From: Harriotta raleighana
Lineage: Eukaryota
Reading direction: 5' to 3'
Assembly: GCA_050575255.1 (NCBI GenBank)
Contig: JBNZDD010013719.1
Coordinates: forward strand, 3,733,473 to 3,797,472
DNA: 64,000 nt
The position numbers and the translations under genes were made by a program. This document shows positions 51,712 through 64,000 of this stretch, piece after piece (positions within the stretch are counted from its first letter, which is position 1; every line of letters begins with the position of its first letter). Under the pieces are notes generated by a model, which saw nothing but the letters and a program-made list of their open reading frames with translations, was not told where the DNA came from and did no database searches.

Positions 51712-54700
51712 TACATAGGTTCTTGAAAAGGAAAAATTTGCAAGGATATGCGGAAAGATTAGGGGAGTGGGACTGAATGGGTAGCACTTCCAAAGTGTTG
51801 GCAGAGGCATGATGGACAGAATAGCATCTTCCTTGCTGTAAAAGTCTATGGTTTATCGTAAGATGATGATTTTGGCAACAACAACAAAATTACATTTGTA
51901 TAGCGGCTTTCACAGGGAACAAGGAAAGACACCTAGATTAATAGGTGGAATTGATCAACTGAAGAGAGTTTACTTGAACTGAGAATGTTCACATTGGAGA
52001 AGTCTCAAGCAGATCGTATTTTGTAAATCAGCTGGTGGAAACCCATCATCGACCATAAAAGTATCTAAACCAATTGAATTCCTACCTTTATGGCAACTTC
52101 TAAAGGTTGGAGCGATAGTAAGGTTGGCAGTCTGAAAAAACAAGATAAAATGAGCCAAAGCACCTTCACAATCCAAGTGAAATCCCTTTAACCTTGTGTT
52201 GCAATTGTTGAGTGTCACCTTCCCGAGGAGTGGAATTATCCTCAACTCTTGTAGGTCAACTTCATAATCTATCTCTTTGTAAGTCACTTATTTAGTTTCC
52301 TGCCTTGTGTTTGAGTTCATATTCATGTTGAAATATTGCAACAGAGACCAAACTACAAGCCCTTTCTCAAACCATTTGGTTTCAGTCAAAACTTTATGGG
52401 ACAATAAAAATTCCTTATGATGATATCTGATTTATTGGAGACTTAAATACCAGCCAGAGGGTTGAACTTGATCTAATGAAATACATTCTTACATTGATTA
52501 AATAATTTTCCACTGGAGTGAAACCAAGAGCTGAGTTACATAGATCTTTTTCTGCATCAACAGTCATAAAGTTGTTTATTAATATCCCTAAAAGGGAAAA
52601 GTTTCTTTTCATAGACAAACTGTAAATCTGTTCAGATTTTACACTCTGACTCGGGGAAAAATTATCTTGATTGAGATGTATAGTTAGGTTCAAATAAATG
52701 CACGATAAGCAGAAACCATTTCCCAGGGTTACTGCTTATTATTAACCCTCACCCTGCTGAATAAACAACTCTACCCAGCAAGTGACTCTCACCCAATGAA
52801 AAAATAACGGCTCAGTACAATGATTGTCTGATGGCAAACAAGCAGTTTTACTGCTCTTGGATTACAGGGGGAAATCAGAAGGAATTGCTTTCCCCTTTCC
52901 CTCTCCCTGGGAGGTAAGGACAGAATTAGGCTTTTGTTGTTTTGTTGCTGGAGTTGAATGACAACAATTGCTTTTAATTAGCACCTTTTACGTTGGATAA
53001 TGTCTTGAAGCACTTCACAAGGATGGGTCAGACGCTGAGCTAGGGAGAAAGTGGAGGGGAGAAGTGGCTAGCGATCATAAGTGTGAATGAAGAGTTACGT
53101 TTTTTTGCAGGTTTATGTCAGTTTGGCACTGTAGTAGCACTCTAGCCTCAGAAGGTTGTGCTTTGCATTGTTAGAAGTGCCGTCTTCGAGTGCGATGTAA
53201 AACTAAGGTACCGTTGGCCTGATCAGATGGTCTGTAAAGATCACTGATTTGAAAAGTTGAAAAGAGAAGGGAGTTTCTCTCTCATGGTATTCTGGTTAAA
53301 AATCCCCCAAATAAAATTAGTTATTCGTTTCATGACCATTTGTGGGACATTGCTGGGCAGTTGTGTTACAAACTTCCAGTCACTCTACAGTAAATCCTAT
53401 GAAGCAATTTGAGACGTCCTTCTGACAAGATAAAATGCTATGCAAATTAAGGGATTCAATTTTTTAAAAACAAAGAGAGATGGAGGGATAAATTGGGAAT
53501 TGCAGACGTTTGGGATATTGTAGCTGAAGGCTCAGCCATCACTGATGACGTGGTGGGAGTTGGGGACATGCAGCAAACCCAAGGTAGCCAAGTGGAGGGG
53601 ACAAATAGAGGAGCTCGGTAAGAGATCACAAAGACAGAGGGTGCTCGAGTGTGAAGGGATTAATAAGTGAATGTGGGGATTTTGAACTTGATCCATTGGG
53701 AGACATTATGACAGCATGCTTGGTGTGAGAATCCGGGTAGCAGAATTTCGCACACAAAACCTAGTGACTACACTTTACAGAATATTCTGTGAAGCACTTT
53801 GAGACATCTCGAAGACACGATAGGCAAGAATTATTATTAAATAAATTCAAGGATGGTTATTATTATTTAACCACAAAATGCTAAATTCTGTTATTTAACA
53901 GCAACTGAAACCCCTGAAAATTAATCTGTGAATCTCTTCTTGAGTTGGAGCACTTCCAGGGTTAGTAGTACAAGACAGTATATATGCTACAAAAAGTGAT
54001 TTTTCAATTAAACAGCAGGAGGTGGGGTGGGGGGGGTGATATTTATAATAAAATTAAACATGAAGCATCCCGCTCTCACCAACTAACTTGGCAATCTCAA
54101 CCAGGAGGGAGATTTCCCAGACTGAGCAGGAAATAGCATCTTGAAATGCGTCCATTTGAAGCTGATTCTTTAACAAACTTTAATGAAATGAAAATGAAGG
54201 GAAATCGCTAAAGCCCATGAAACCGGGGAAAGGAACATTGAGTCCAAGCTACTCATCTTCCTCAATCAGACATTTCAACAACTACCAATCAAGGGAAAGA
54301 AGAACAAAGATGAGCTGAGACTTCAAGTCAATCTTTGTCCTTAACAGAAAAAGTCAAGCTTTTCTGAGACATCAGTGGCTCAAACTGCTCTGAGTTAATG
54401 GTGGCGCAGAACAAGTTGGTATCCGGGATCTCACGAATATGCAGAAACATCAGTATCATACACTGATCTCATATGCAATAACATCATTGCTTCCTTGCAC
54501 ACAAAATCATAGTGGGGGTGAATGGAGAGTGTCACGCGAGCATCAGCCTTCATTGGAACGTAATATTTTTCCTACAAATAGTCACTTCGCGACAAGAATT
54601 ACTTATCAAGCATTTTGAGACATTTCATTGTTAATTGCTATATCAAATATAAGGTTTAAGGATTGTTTGTTTATATGAAGTAGAATGTTTATATACAGCA

Positions 54701-54759
54701 AGCAAAGAGTCCCTATATGATATTTTCCTGGGCTGATCAGTGGCCAATAAAGTTCAATA

Positions 54760-55020
54760 CAGTTAACCCTCGCCGAATCACCGAACATGGGGGTTACGTT
54801 CCTGGAAAACTGTGCACTCAGTAAAATCACATTGGGTAAGCTTAACAAGTAATGGGAAAGGGGGCGGGGCGTTAAGCGAATCCAGCCAAAGGCTACCCAC
54901 CTCAAGCCTCCAGGCACATCCACGCCCGACCAATGTAAAGTACGTACTGAGGCGTTATTCTATTGATTTACCAAGCGGGAAGGTTAAGAAGAACCTATGT
55001 TTTCTCCTTCAAAACCTCTA
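54760..55020. mobile_element. Partial copy of the 8722-9626 Tigger-like family
   Basis: TA|CAGTTAACCCTCG...GGGGGTTACGTTCCTGGAAAACT is the reverse complement of ~9470-9626. Confidence 0.75.
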
Positions 55021-57379
55021 AATGAACAAGTTTTTTCATTGATTAATTTCTCCACTATTTTTGCACTATAGCAGAAAATGGATCATTCACAGTATTGGCA
55101 TTTAGCCTCATTGTGAATAAGTGAATGGTGCGGATAATTGAGTACCACACAAAGTACAGATTGGCTGCAGTACTAACCAAGTAACGTTCCATCAGCACGT
55201 ATACCGACAATATAAATGCCACATCCCGTGTGTGAACACCAAAGCTAGGGAAGGGAGGATTTAAAAAAAAATCTGTGTGGATCAGCAAATCAATGCTAGA
55301 TTTGGTAACACATAGACACTGAGTGTAAACGATGAACAGATACAGCGTCTGCAGAGCACAGTTTCCTTCCTACCAATCCCAACAGTATGCATCAGTCTCA
55401 ATCTCAAAGATGAACCCCCTTCTACATCATTGTGACATTATTTCTAGTGTCAGAGTCTCAGATGTCAGAGCTTAAGAAACTCAGAGACCCTTCAGTTTCT
55501 GAGTCATGCTCTGACATGCCGTCCGATGTGTAGGGTGCTATATAAATGCAAGTTGTTGTTGCATCAGATAGGCAATTTGGTTTTGACCGAATATTTATTT
55601 TGTATTTTGACCGCATGCTCACTCGAAACTGAATCAAGACTGTCAACTCACAGTGGAAAATAGCCTAAATACCCCTCAAGAAAAGAACATTACTTAATCC
55701 TAAAATCAAGACATTTACAGCACAGAAGGAGGCCATTGTTATTTCTTCCCAATGACACTCCATGCTGACATGTTATTGTGAATGTTTCTATATTTCTAGA
55801 ATCAAAGAATATTACAGTGCAAAAGAGGCTACGTTCCTTCATGTCATGAACTGGTGTTCTCTCCCCATAATGCACGTAGTCTAATCACACTCTCTTCGCT
55901 CACTCATCATTTTAAAAACATATGTAAGGGTTAGAGGTGGGAAAAGCGGTGAAGGAATCTGTTGAGGCATTGAAGGCAGAGAAGAGACTATTGATGAATA
56001 TGGGAAATGGAGTCATTCATGTAGTAAAGACACCTCAGAGTCTTTGACAAGACAATGCAGAATCTTTATTTGTTTTCAACAGCGAATCACGCGATATATT
56101 CAAAAAGATTAATGAGTAACGGAAATAGGCAGGTACATTGGATGGAATTTCAAACAGCTAGCACAGATCTGATGTGCTAAAATGCCATCGACTGAGCAGT
56201 ACATTTCTCCATTTGTCCAGTTCTTTGGATTAGGCAGAGAGAGAGCGGTTCAGCATCCAGTCAGAGTAAGGTAAGAGGATCATTTTGTGAGTGGGTTGTT
56301 TGTAATGAGGCTGATTTTCAAAATAAAAGCTATAAACCCCACATTCTGACTATATGCAATACAAAAAATTGCTGCATAATAGCAATTAGAAACCAGGATC
56401 TCTTTCTCTGCGGATTTTTGTGAGTGATCACAAAACCTGTAAACAAGCCCAGTTTGACCTTGGGACACAAAGGACATGAGACAAACGATTTAAAAATAAA
56501 TTTAGAAATTACAACCTTCTAAATTTATTTTATATAATCATGAAATGCTAGAGTACTGAAACTGACTTTCCTTTCCACCAAGTCTATTTTTCTCCAAATG
56601 AGCTATCCAGTCTACTCCCCCACACCTTCATATTCTCCATACCCATTAATATTCCACTGCCTCCTTGAGTACTTGATTTTCTTTTTAAAGGATTGATGGA
56701 TTGTGCTTCCAAATTCCAACTACCTTCAATGTAAAGATTTTGATTCTAACCTGTTATAAATTCAGTAGGATCATGTCCCATCGTCTCCCCAGTTTTGCTA
56801 ATTTTATACCACAATGAGGCTACATCACATACATTGTCCACCTCTCTTAATACCACAGCTCCATCCCCCATCTCCCCTTAACCATCCTCCCAAAATCCAC
56901 TCACCCCTGCCCCCACCCCCATTGAGCTGCGCATGTATATCGGTGTTATGTTGTAATCTGTCAGCTATTTGATTCTGTGATTCATTACTATGCCCGACAA
57001 TTCCAGTGTCTTTTTTAATTGTTCAAATCTGGGCATCCCCTCGTGTAGTATATTGTGGAGAATAATGTTGCAAAATATCAGAAAGCTTCCAATGAGAAGC
57101 TATTTAGTCAATCAAGCTGTTTCATGCCTCAAATGCTGTACCATCTGACATACATGGGTTCCCACAATAAGTCTAGTTTTGTGGAATTACTTGAAATCAG
57201 CCTTTTCCAAGATGAGTGTTAGTTGCTGCGTATCTTTACAGATTTGCTGTTTATTCAGTAGGGTGAGGGTTGCTCACTGTAGTTCTTGTACTGAGTTTCT
57301 GTTCATTGAGCATGGGTGAAGGTGAATCACTGTAACTATATACAGTTGTTTATTCAGCATGTCGAGGGTCACTTGCATT

Positions 57380-57810
57380 ACAACAACAGTAACAACAACA
57401 AAATTACATTTATAGACCGCCTTTCACTTCGGGAGGACGTCCCAAAGCGCTGAACAGTCAGGTCAAGACCCGAGCAAGGGAAGGGGCAGGGCAGTGGGGG
57501 AAGGGGTGGAGGAGAGTTAGGAGGGGAGGGAGAGAGTTGGAAGGGCAGCAGAAGGCACGGTCGAAGTGGAGGGTCTTGAGACCGGCCTTGAAGGAGGTGA
57601 GGGAGGGAGCGAGGTGAAGGGAACTGTGGGATGGAGTTCCAGTGTGTGGGGGGGCAGAGAGGCCTGTTCATCGATGGTAGGGCAGGTTGGGCAAGGGACA
57701 TGGAGCAGGCCAGAGCCCGCTGAACGGATGGGGCGGGGAGGTTGATAGGGGGACAGCAGGTCGGAGAAATAGGCAGGTACAAGGCCGTGAATGGCCTTGA
57801 AAGTGACTCC
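57380..57810 (-). mobile_element. L2 LINE 3' end
   Basis: (CAA)n AAAATTACATTTATAG tail shared with the other L2 copies. Confidence 0.8.
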
Positions 57811-58776
57811 ATTGATGGCTAGGAAGGGGGATGATGAATTATCTAGGATTACTTCTTAGGCCGCAGGAAAAGTTGGTGCTTTTGGGAGAGGAAGAGCTTG
57901 TTGGGGGGGGGGGGGGCTTGTATATTGGGGAAAAAGGAAGTTACCTGGTTTGGTTGGCTCAACAGCTATAACCAAATTGGTAAAGGGACTTTGACAGTCA
58001 AGTCATTCTTGGTTTGGGAGAATACCAGTTTCAGTCTCATTCAAGAAAAAATAATAATAAAATAATAATCCTTACATTTGATATAGCACTTTTCACATCT
58101 TATTGACATCTCAAAGCGCTTCACAGAATATACTATGGTGTATATTTAAGGTTTAAAGTTTTATTTTAAAAAAATTAAGCAGTGAAATTGAATGATTCAG
58201 ATGTTTTGTATTTCATTGTTGTCAGATACCCTCCTCCTCTTGTTCCCCCTCCCTCACATTAGCAGAAGGAGAGCACTTTCTTCAGTTAACCATGCTGTAC
58301 TGAGGGGGGTTAATTGTGTTTGCAGTTCAGTCGTGAGCTGTCTGATGGAGGTCTGATCTGCCTGACTTATTTCACTGGATGCAGTTGATACAGTTCTGAT
58401 CCCTATGATTTATGTTGGATGTCGCCTGCTGGTCTATTTAGTGCACTAACCAAACAGTTAATATCTTGAGAAAGGTGTTATCAGATTGTAACTGAGCTTT
58501 ACTGAGCAACTAACCCCACTCTCCTAGGCTGTATCGACTTGTTATATGGCCTTTGTTCAGTGAGGCTGCAGTGTTAATTTAAGAGGACTTTGGGATGATG
58601 TTTTTCTAGCTTTTTCTAAGTTCACAATGTAATGATTCCGCTTAAATCTCATCTTATTGCCTGCACATTATATCTTTTGTCATAACGCTCTTAAGTGCTC
58701 TGCGACGCCGTCCGGCGTGGAGGGCGCAATATAAGTCCAAGTTGTTGTATATTCTCACTGAGCTCCATTTAAATGT

Positions 58777-59100
58777 GGAGCTCCTGTGGCTCAGTGGTTA
58801 GAGCACTCGCCTTACAAGCATGAGACCTGTGTTCGAATCCAGGCAGATCAGGGCGAAACCTTGGGCAAGTTTCCTTACTCCACATGCCTAATAATAATCC
58901 CTCCAAAAAAAAAACTACAATAATAAAATTGTTCATTTCAATCCACGACTGCTTGTGGGACACTGCTGTGCGCAATTGGCTGCTGCGTTCCGCCCACAAA
59001 TACACAGTCAATTCACTTTACAGTATATTCTGTGAAGCGCTTTGGGACGTTGATAAGATGTGGAAAGCGCTATATCAAATGGAAGGATTATTATTATTAT
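58777..59100 (+). mobile_element. Full-length tRNA-derived SINE
   Basis: GGCTCAGTGGTTAGAGCAC...GTTCGAATCC head, body, and L2-like tail GCGCTATATCAAATG..(ATT)n. Confidence 0.9.
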
Positions 59101-59499
59101 AAATATTTTGCATCACGTATTGAATTACCTGTGAATGTTCCTCATTGTTATGTTGTAATGTGTGAGCTATTCTATTCCGTACTTCATTACTATACCTGGC
59201 GATTCCAGTACCTTTTTTAAGTGTTCAAATCTGGGCATCCCCTCCTTCAGTATAATGTTGTGTGGGGATGGGAGTGAAAACTACTTTTGAGTTGTAAGAT
59301 TCAATCGTGGGTGACACCACAATTATTGTGGTCTTGCTTTGGGGAAAGATGTTAACTGAGTTGTGTAGATAAAATGTTTTATTTAAAGAGACATCCTCTG
59401 GGTAAATACTTTGGCTGAAATGTGTAACTTATGTCCTTATATGTGCATGAATTGGTATCAACTCTGTAATTCCGTCTGCTGGTTTTTGTGGCTTCGCAT

Positions 59500-60755
59500 T
59501 AACTCTTGACGAAATCTCTTCTCACTATCCTTCCAAAATCAAGTTTATCCATTCAACTCCCTCTGCCCTCCCTATCGCCTCTCCCTCCCCATCTCTACGC
59601 TACGCTGCCTCTGCCTTCCCTATCCATCCCTCCTTCCACATTTTCGAACCTGTCTTCGCCACCTCTGTTATCACCACCATATCGACAATGAAGCACTCCA
59701 CTTGCTACTTGGACCTCATCCCCATTCCCTCTCCTAACCACCAGCTCTACCTCCTCATTCCTCCACTCCCCAAAACCATCAATCTCTCCCTATCATATGG
59801 TACTGTTCCCTTCCCCCTCAAAACAGCTACAATCACCCCCATCCTGAAGAAACCTTCCCTGGATGCATCCCTGCTTTCTAGTTACCGGTCCATCTCCAAT
59901 CTCTCTTCTTTCCAACATGCTTGAAAGAGTCTTTGCTTCCTAGCTTCACACTTTCCTCTCTTCCCACTCCCTCCACAAGCTTCTCCAATTGGCTTTCCAT
60001 GCTGCTCACAATACGGAAACTGCTCTGGTCAAGGTCACAAACGACATCCTGTCCATCTGTGACCAGCGCTCCCTCTGCCTCCATGTCCTTCTCAACCTCT
60101 TTGCTGCCTTCAACACTGTGGACCTCTCAATCCTCCCCCACCGTCTTTTCTCTTACTTCAACCTTCAGGGTTCTGTGCTTGACTGGTTCAGGTTCCTATC
60201 TCTCACACCGTCTCCAATTTGTCTCCCTTAACAGTTTCTCTTCCAGTCCCGCTCCATCTTGTGCGGTGTTCCTCAGGGCTCCCCTCCTCTTCAATATCTA
60301 CATGTACCCCACCTTGGTGACATCATCTGCAGATATGAGGTTAATTTCCATATGTACGCAGATGACACCCTATTCTATCTCTCTGTCTCCACCCTCGATT
60401 CCATGGCAACTGGCATCTTGACAAACTGCCTGGTCAGATATCAAGTACTGGATAAGAGACAACTTTCTTCAGCTAAACGTCAGCTAGACTAAGGCCCTCC
60501 TGATTGGCTCATGCCAGTGCCTCCATTCCTCAGGCATTGGCGGCATAAGCATCCTTGGATGCACATGCCACCTAACCAAGCCAGTCAGGAACCTCTGCTT
60601 TTGTTCGATCCTCAACTTTCCTTCCTCCCCCATATTCGCTGACCTCATATCAACCTGTTCACTGCCTCCATTCAGCAACTCCCCCAACATGCTCGGGTCC
60701 TGAACCCTGACCCCGACGTGAAGGCCCTCTCCAAATGTAATTTTGTTCTTGTTGG
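59500..60755 (+). mobile_element. L2 LINE RT fragment
   Basis: PILKKPSLD..SYRSISNL, HNTETALVKVTNDIL, GVPQGS, HMYADDT. Confidence 0.9.
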
Positions 60756-60925
60756 TCGTAAACTGATTCACTCAGATGAAACCTCTTACTTCTCATGCAT
60801 TGGAGAGGAGAGATTTTGCAATCTGTGGAAAACCAAGCTCCATATTAAAACAGGACTGATTTTTTCCCCCAAAACTTATGTTATGTCTAAGAATTTGTGG
60901 TCACTTGTTAGTTCTACATATTGCA

Positions 60926-61230
60926 GAGTCCTGTAGCTCAGTGGTTAGAGCACTCGCCTTGCAAGCGAGAGACCCTGAGTTCAATTCCAGGCATGGTGAA
61001 ACTTTGAGCAAGTTTCCTTACTCCACATGCCTGATAATAATCCGTCAAGAAATAAAAATATTGATACATTGAGCAAATCAATCCACGCCTCTTTATCGGA
61101 CACTGCTGTGCGCATTTGGCTGCTGCATTTCACCCACAAATATATAGCCAATTCACTTTACAGTATATTCTATGAAGCACTTTGAGATGTGATAAGGTGC
61201 TATATCAATTGCAACTATGATTATTGTATT
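60926..61230 (+). mobile_element. tRNA-derived SINE
   Basis: Family head and tail. Confidence 0.88.
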
Positions 61231-61267
61231 ATTGCTGGCATTTCTGGAATCAAGAGACAACTGAATA

Positions 61268-62832
61268 AACAACAACAAAATTACATAGCGCCTTTCATGT
61301 CAGGAAGACGTCCCAAGACGCTGGACAGATTACGAGCTAAGGGTGGGGGTGGAGGGGGGCGGGCAGGATTCGCCGATAGGACCATCGAAGAGTAGAGTCT
61401 TGAGGCGAGACTTATCATGGAATCTTAGAATGTTACGGCACAGGAGTCTGTGCCGGCTCTTTGACAGAGCAATGTCACTTTTATTAACCCCAATCACCAG
61501 CTTTCTCCCCATAACCCTGCAAACCCGTCTTCCCCAGATACCTATCCAGTTCTCTCTTAAAAGCTGCTATCGAATCGGACCTCAATACCCTTTCGGGCAG
61601 ATCATTCCAAATTCGAACAACTCTCTGAGTGAAAAAAATTCTCTAACCTCCCCTCTGCTTCTTTTGGTAGATATCTTAAGACTGTGACCTCGGGTCACAG
61701 ACACACCTACCAGCGGAAACAGCTTTTCCCTATCTAGCCTGTCGAAACCTTTCATGATCTTGAAGACCTCTATCAGGTCCCCGCGTAATCTTCTCTGCTC
61801 TAATGGGAAAAGTCCTATCTTCTCCAGCCTGTCCTCATAGCTAAGGTTCTCCATTCCTGGAATCATTCTTGTGAATCGCCTCTGCAACCTTTCCAGTGCC
61901 TTAATGTCCTTCCTGAAGTAAGGTGCCAAGAACTGGACGCAGTACTCCAACTGAGGCCTTACCAGTGTTTTGTACAAATTAAGCATTACTTCCCTACTCT
62001 TAAACTCTATGCCCCTAGTAATAGACTTGTCGGAGGCCAAGGAGGATGCGAGGCGAGAAACTTCGGGATGGAGTTCCAGAGGTTGGGGGCAAAGTGACTG
62101 AAGGCTTGCCTGCCGATGGTTGGGCAGATGGATCGGGGGACATGGGGCAGGCTAGAGTCTACTGAACGGGGGGCGCTGGGATAGGAGGTTGCGGATGTAG
62201 GATGGGGAGAGATTGTGGAGGGCTTTATATTGTGAGGACCAGGATCTTGAATTGGATTCTCTGGGTGGTGGGTAGCCAATGGAGTCAGGCAAGGATGGGG
62301 GAAATGGGGTCATGGAGTTTGGAACAGTAGAGGACACGGGCTGCAGACTTTTGGATTAACTGCAGTCTGTGGAGGGAAGAATTGGGGAGGCTGACCAGCA
62401 AAGCATTTGCATAGTCGAGCCGGGATGTAATGACGGCGTGGATGAGGGTTTCATCGGCTTTATGGGTGAGGTCATGGCGGAATCGGGAAATGCTGCGGAG
62501 GTGGGGAAAGGCAGAGCAAGTCATTGCTTTAATGTGAGGGAGGAAAGACAGTTGAGGGTCGAACAAGACACTTAAGTTCAGGACTGGCTTGGTAAGATTG
62601 AGTGTGCAAGCATGGAGGTTGATGCAGCCAGCACCTGATGCAAGGAGGCACTGGTGTGAACCAATCAGTAGGGCCTCGGTCTTTTTGACGTTCAACTGTA
62701 GAAAGTTAGCTCTCATCCAGGACTTGATGACTGACAGACAATCTGTCAGAACAGTGGTGGTCCTGGAGTCATCCGCATACATGTGGAAGTTAACCCCATG
62801 CCTGCGGATGATGTCACCAAGCGGTAGCATGT
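61268..62832 (-). mobile_element. L2 LINE interrupted by CR1 (61414-62022)
   Basis: L2: HMYADD, HAVITSRLDYANALL. The CR1 insert (LVRPQLEYCVQF) is flanked by a 6-bp AGACTT duplication at 61408-61413 and 62023-62028. Confidence 0.9.
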
Positions 62833-63577
62833 GTATTTATACAGTGCATTTATTGCATTTGATATAGTGCTTTAATATCTTATCAAAGTCTCAATGTAAG
62901 GAACTTATAATAGCTGCAAGCAGTGATTAGTATGGAATGCTAGATTGCATGCTTCTTGTTGCATACATATGTAATTTTATTGTTTTTACTCAGACTGCTG
63001 GAGTCTTGCAGTGAGTTGCTGTATGTTCCTGTCTGTTACACTGATTACCGCAGCCTTGCAGTATTTCATGTTCCTCATAGTTACCCTGGTTGCTACAGCT
63101 TTCCATGCCCAATATAGCAAATTCATCGCTGTTAATGCGGTTCATCAGAGCCAAATGGGAAGATGTTTGGATGGGTTCTGAAAAGGTGAGTTTGATTGGA
63201 CCGAAAGACCTACTTCATCCAAACCTCTCTGATGCCTTAATATGTACTGGCCTCAAGGTGGTGCTCAACCCATATGAAACAAACTCCTCCCAGAGTACAA
63301 AACACAAAATTCTGCAGATGCAGGGAATCTGAAAAAAACACGGAAGTTGCTGGGGAAACTCAGCAAGTCAGGCAGCATCCATGGAGAAAGGAAAGTGAGT
63401 CAACGTTTTGGGTCCAATGGGTACAATGGATGGAGTGGCTTTCAACCAAGAGTATTCTGAATAACCAAAATAAATGTGTAACAGATTTATTCTAAAATGT
63501 TTATTTCCTCCTACTTTCTCCTTTCTGCAGTGTGTCAGCCTGGGTTGGTTGATAGCACTCTCTCCTCTGAGTAAGAT

Positions 63578-63880
63578 AATAAATAATAATCCCTGCATTT
63601 GATATAGCGCTTTTCACGTCTTCTAGATATCTCAAATGCTTTACAGAATATACTATAAATGAACTGATTGTATATTTGTGGGGGAAACACGGCAGCCAAT
63701 TGCACACAGCAGTGTCCCACAAGCAGTCATGGATTGAAATGACCAATTATTATTTTTTTGAGGGATTATTAGGAGTGTGGAGTAAGGATAGAAACTTGCC
63801 CAGGTTTTGCCCTGCCTGGAATTGAACCCAGGTCTCTTGCTTGTAAGGTGAGTATCTAACTATTGAGTTACACGACTCCA
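63578..63880 (-). mobile_element. tRNA-derived SINE
   Basis: Reverse complement of family head and tail. Confidence 0.85.
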
Positions 63881-64000
63881 AGATGGGTTTAAACTCGGGG
63901 TTTTTTGGTGCGAGTCTAGACTGACATTTCAGTGTCATACTGGGGGAGTGTAGTATTGTCAGAAGTGTCAGCCTCCAGATGAAACAATAACAACAACAAA

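Noticed and set aside
60926-61000. tRNA-Ala(UGC)-like gene (also at 37234, 50735, 58777)
   Set aside because: A/B boxes and an anticodon-like stem are present, but there is no proper acceptor stem and each runs into the same SINE body; these are SINE heads.
47732-64000. Truncated RAD51B (missing C-terminal exons)
   Set aside because: The intron at this position is very long in human RAD51B, so the remaining exons are expected outside the window.

Overview
Eukaryotic (vertebrate) genomic DNA. The repeat content (CR1 and L2 LINEs plus an abundant tRNA-headed, L2-tailed SINE) suggests a cartilaginous fish, possibly a chimaera; this is inference. Three host genes lie on the + strand: the last two coding exons of MTA1 (11887-12038, 15029-15176), the single-exon TMEM229B CDS (26972-27481), and RAD51B with a CpG-island promoter (~37550-38100) and six coding exons (41151-47731; the rest lies beyond the window). 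The first ~6.3 kb is a minus-strand class I (gamma/epsilon-like) endogenous retrovirus, apparently within an MTA1 intron. It has ~99% identical LTRs, a perfect tRNA-Gln PBS and a PPT, but a heavily deleted gag-pol-env: no PR/RT, most of SU lost, and ~0.8 kb of unrecognised sequence inside gag. Its leader carries a tandem array of Pol III B-box-like motifs. The rest is mostly CR1/L2/SINE/TA-flanked MITE sequence, some of it nested. The least explained signals are two clusters of splice-site-bounded, stop-riddled segments that may be decayed genes: minus strand ~28-36.7 kb, head-to-head with RAD51B behind RFX-like boxes, and plus strand ~6.3-8.4 kb. No CRISPR, rRNA or genuine tRNA gene was seen. 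I found no convincing new biological system; the findings are candidates.
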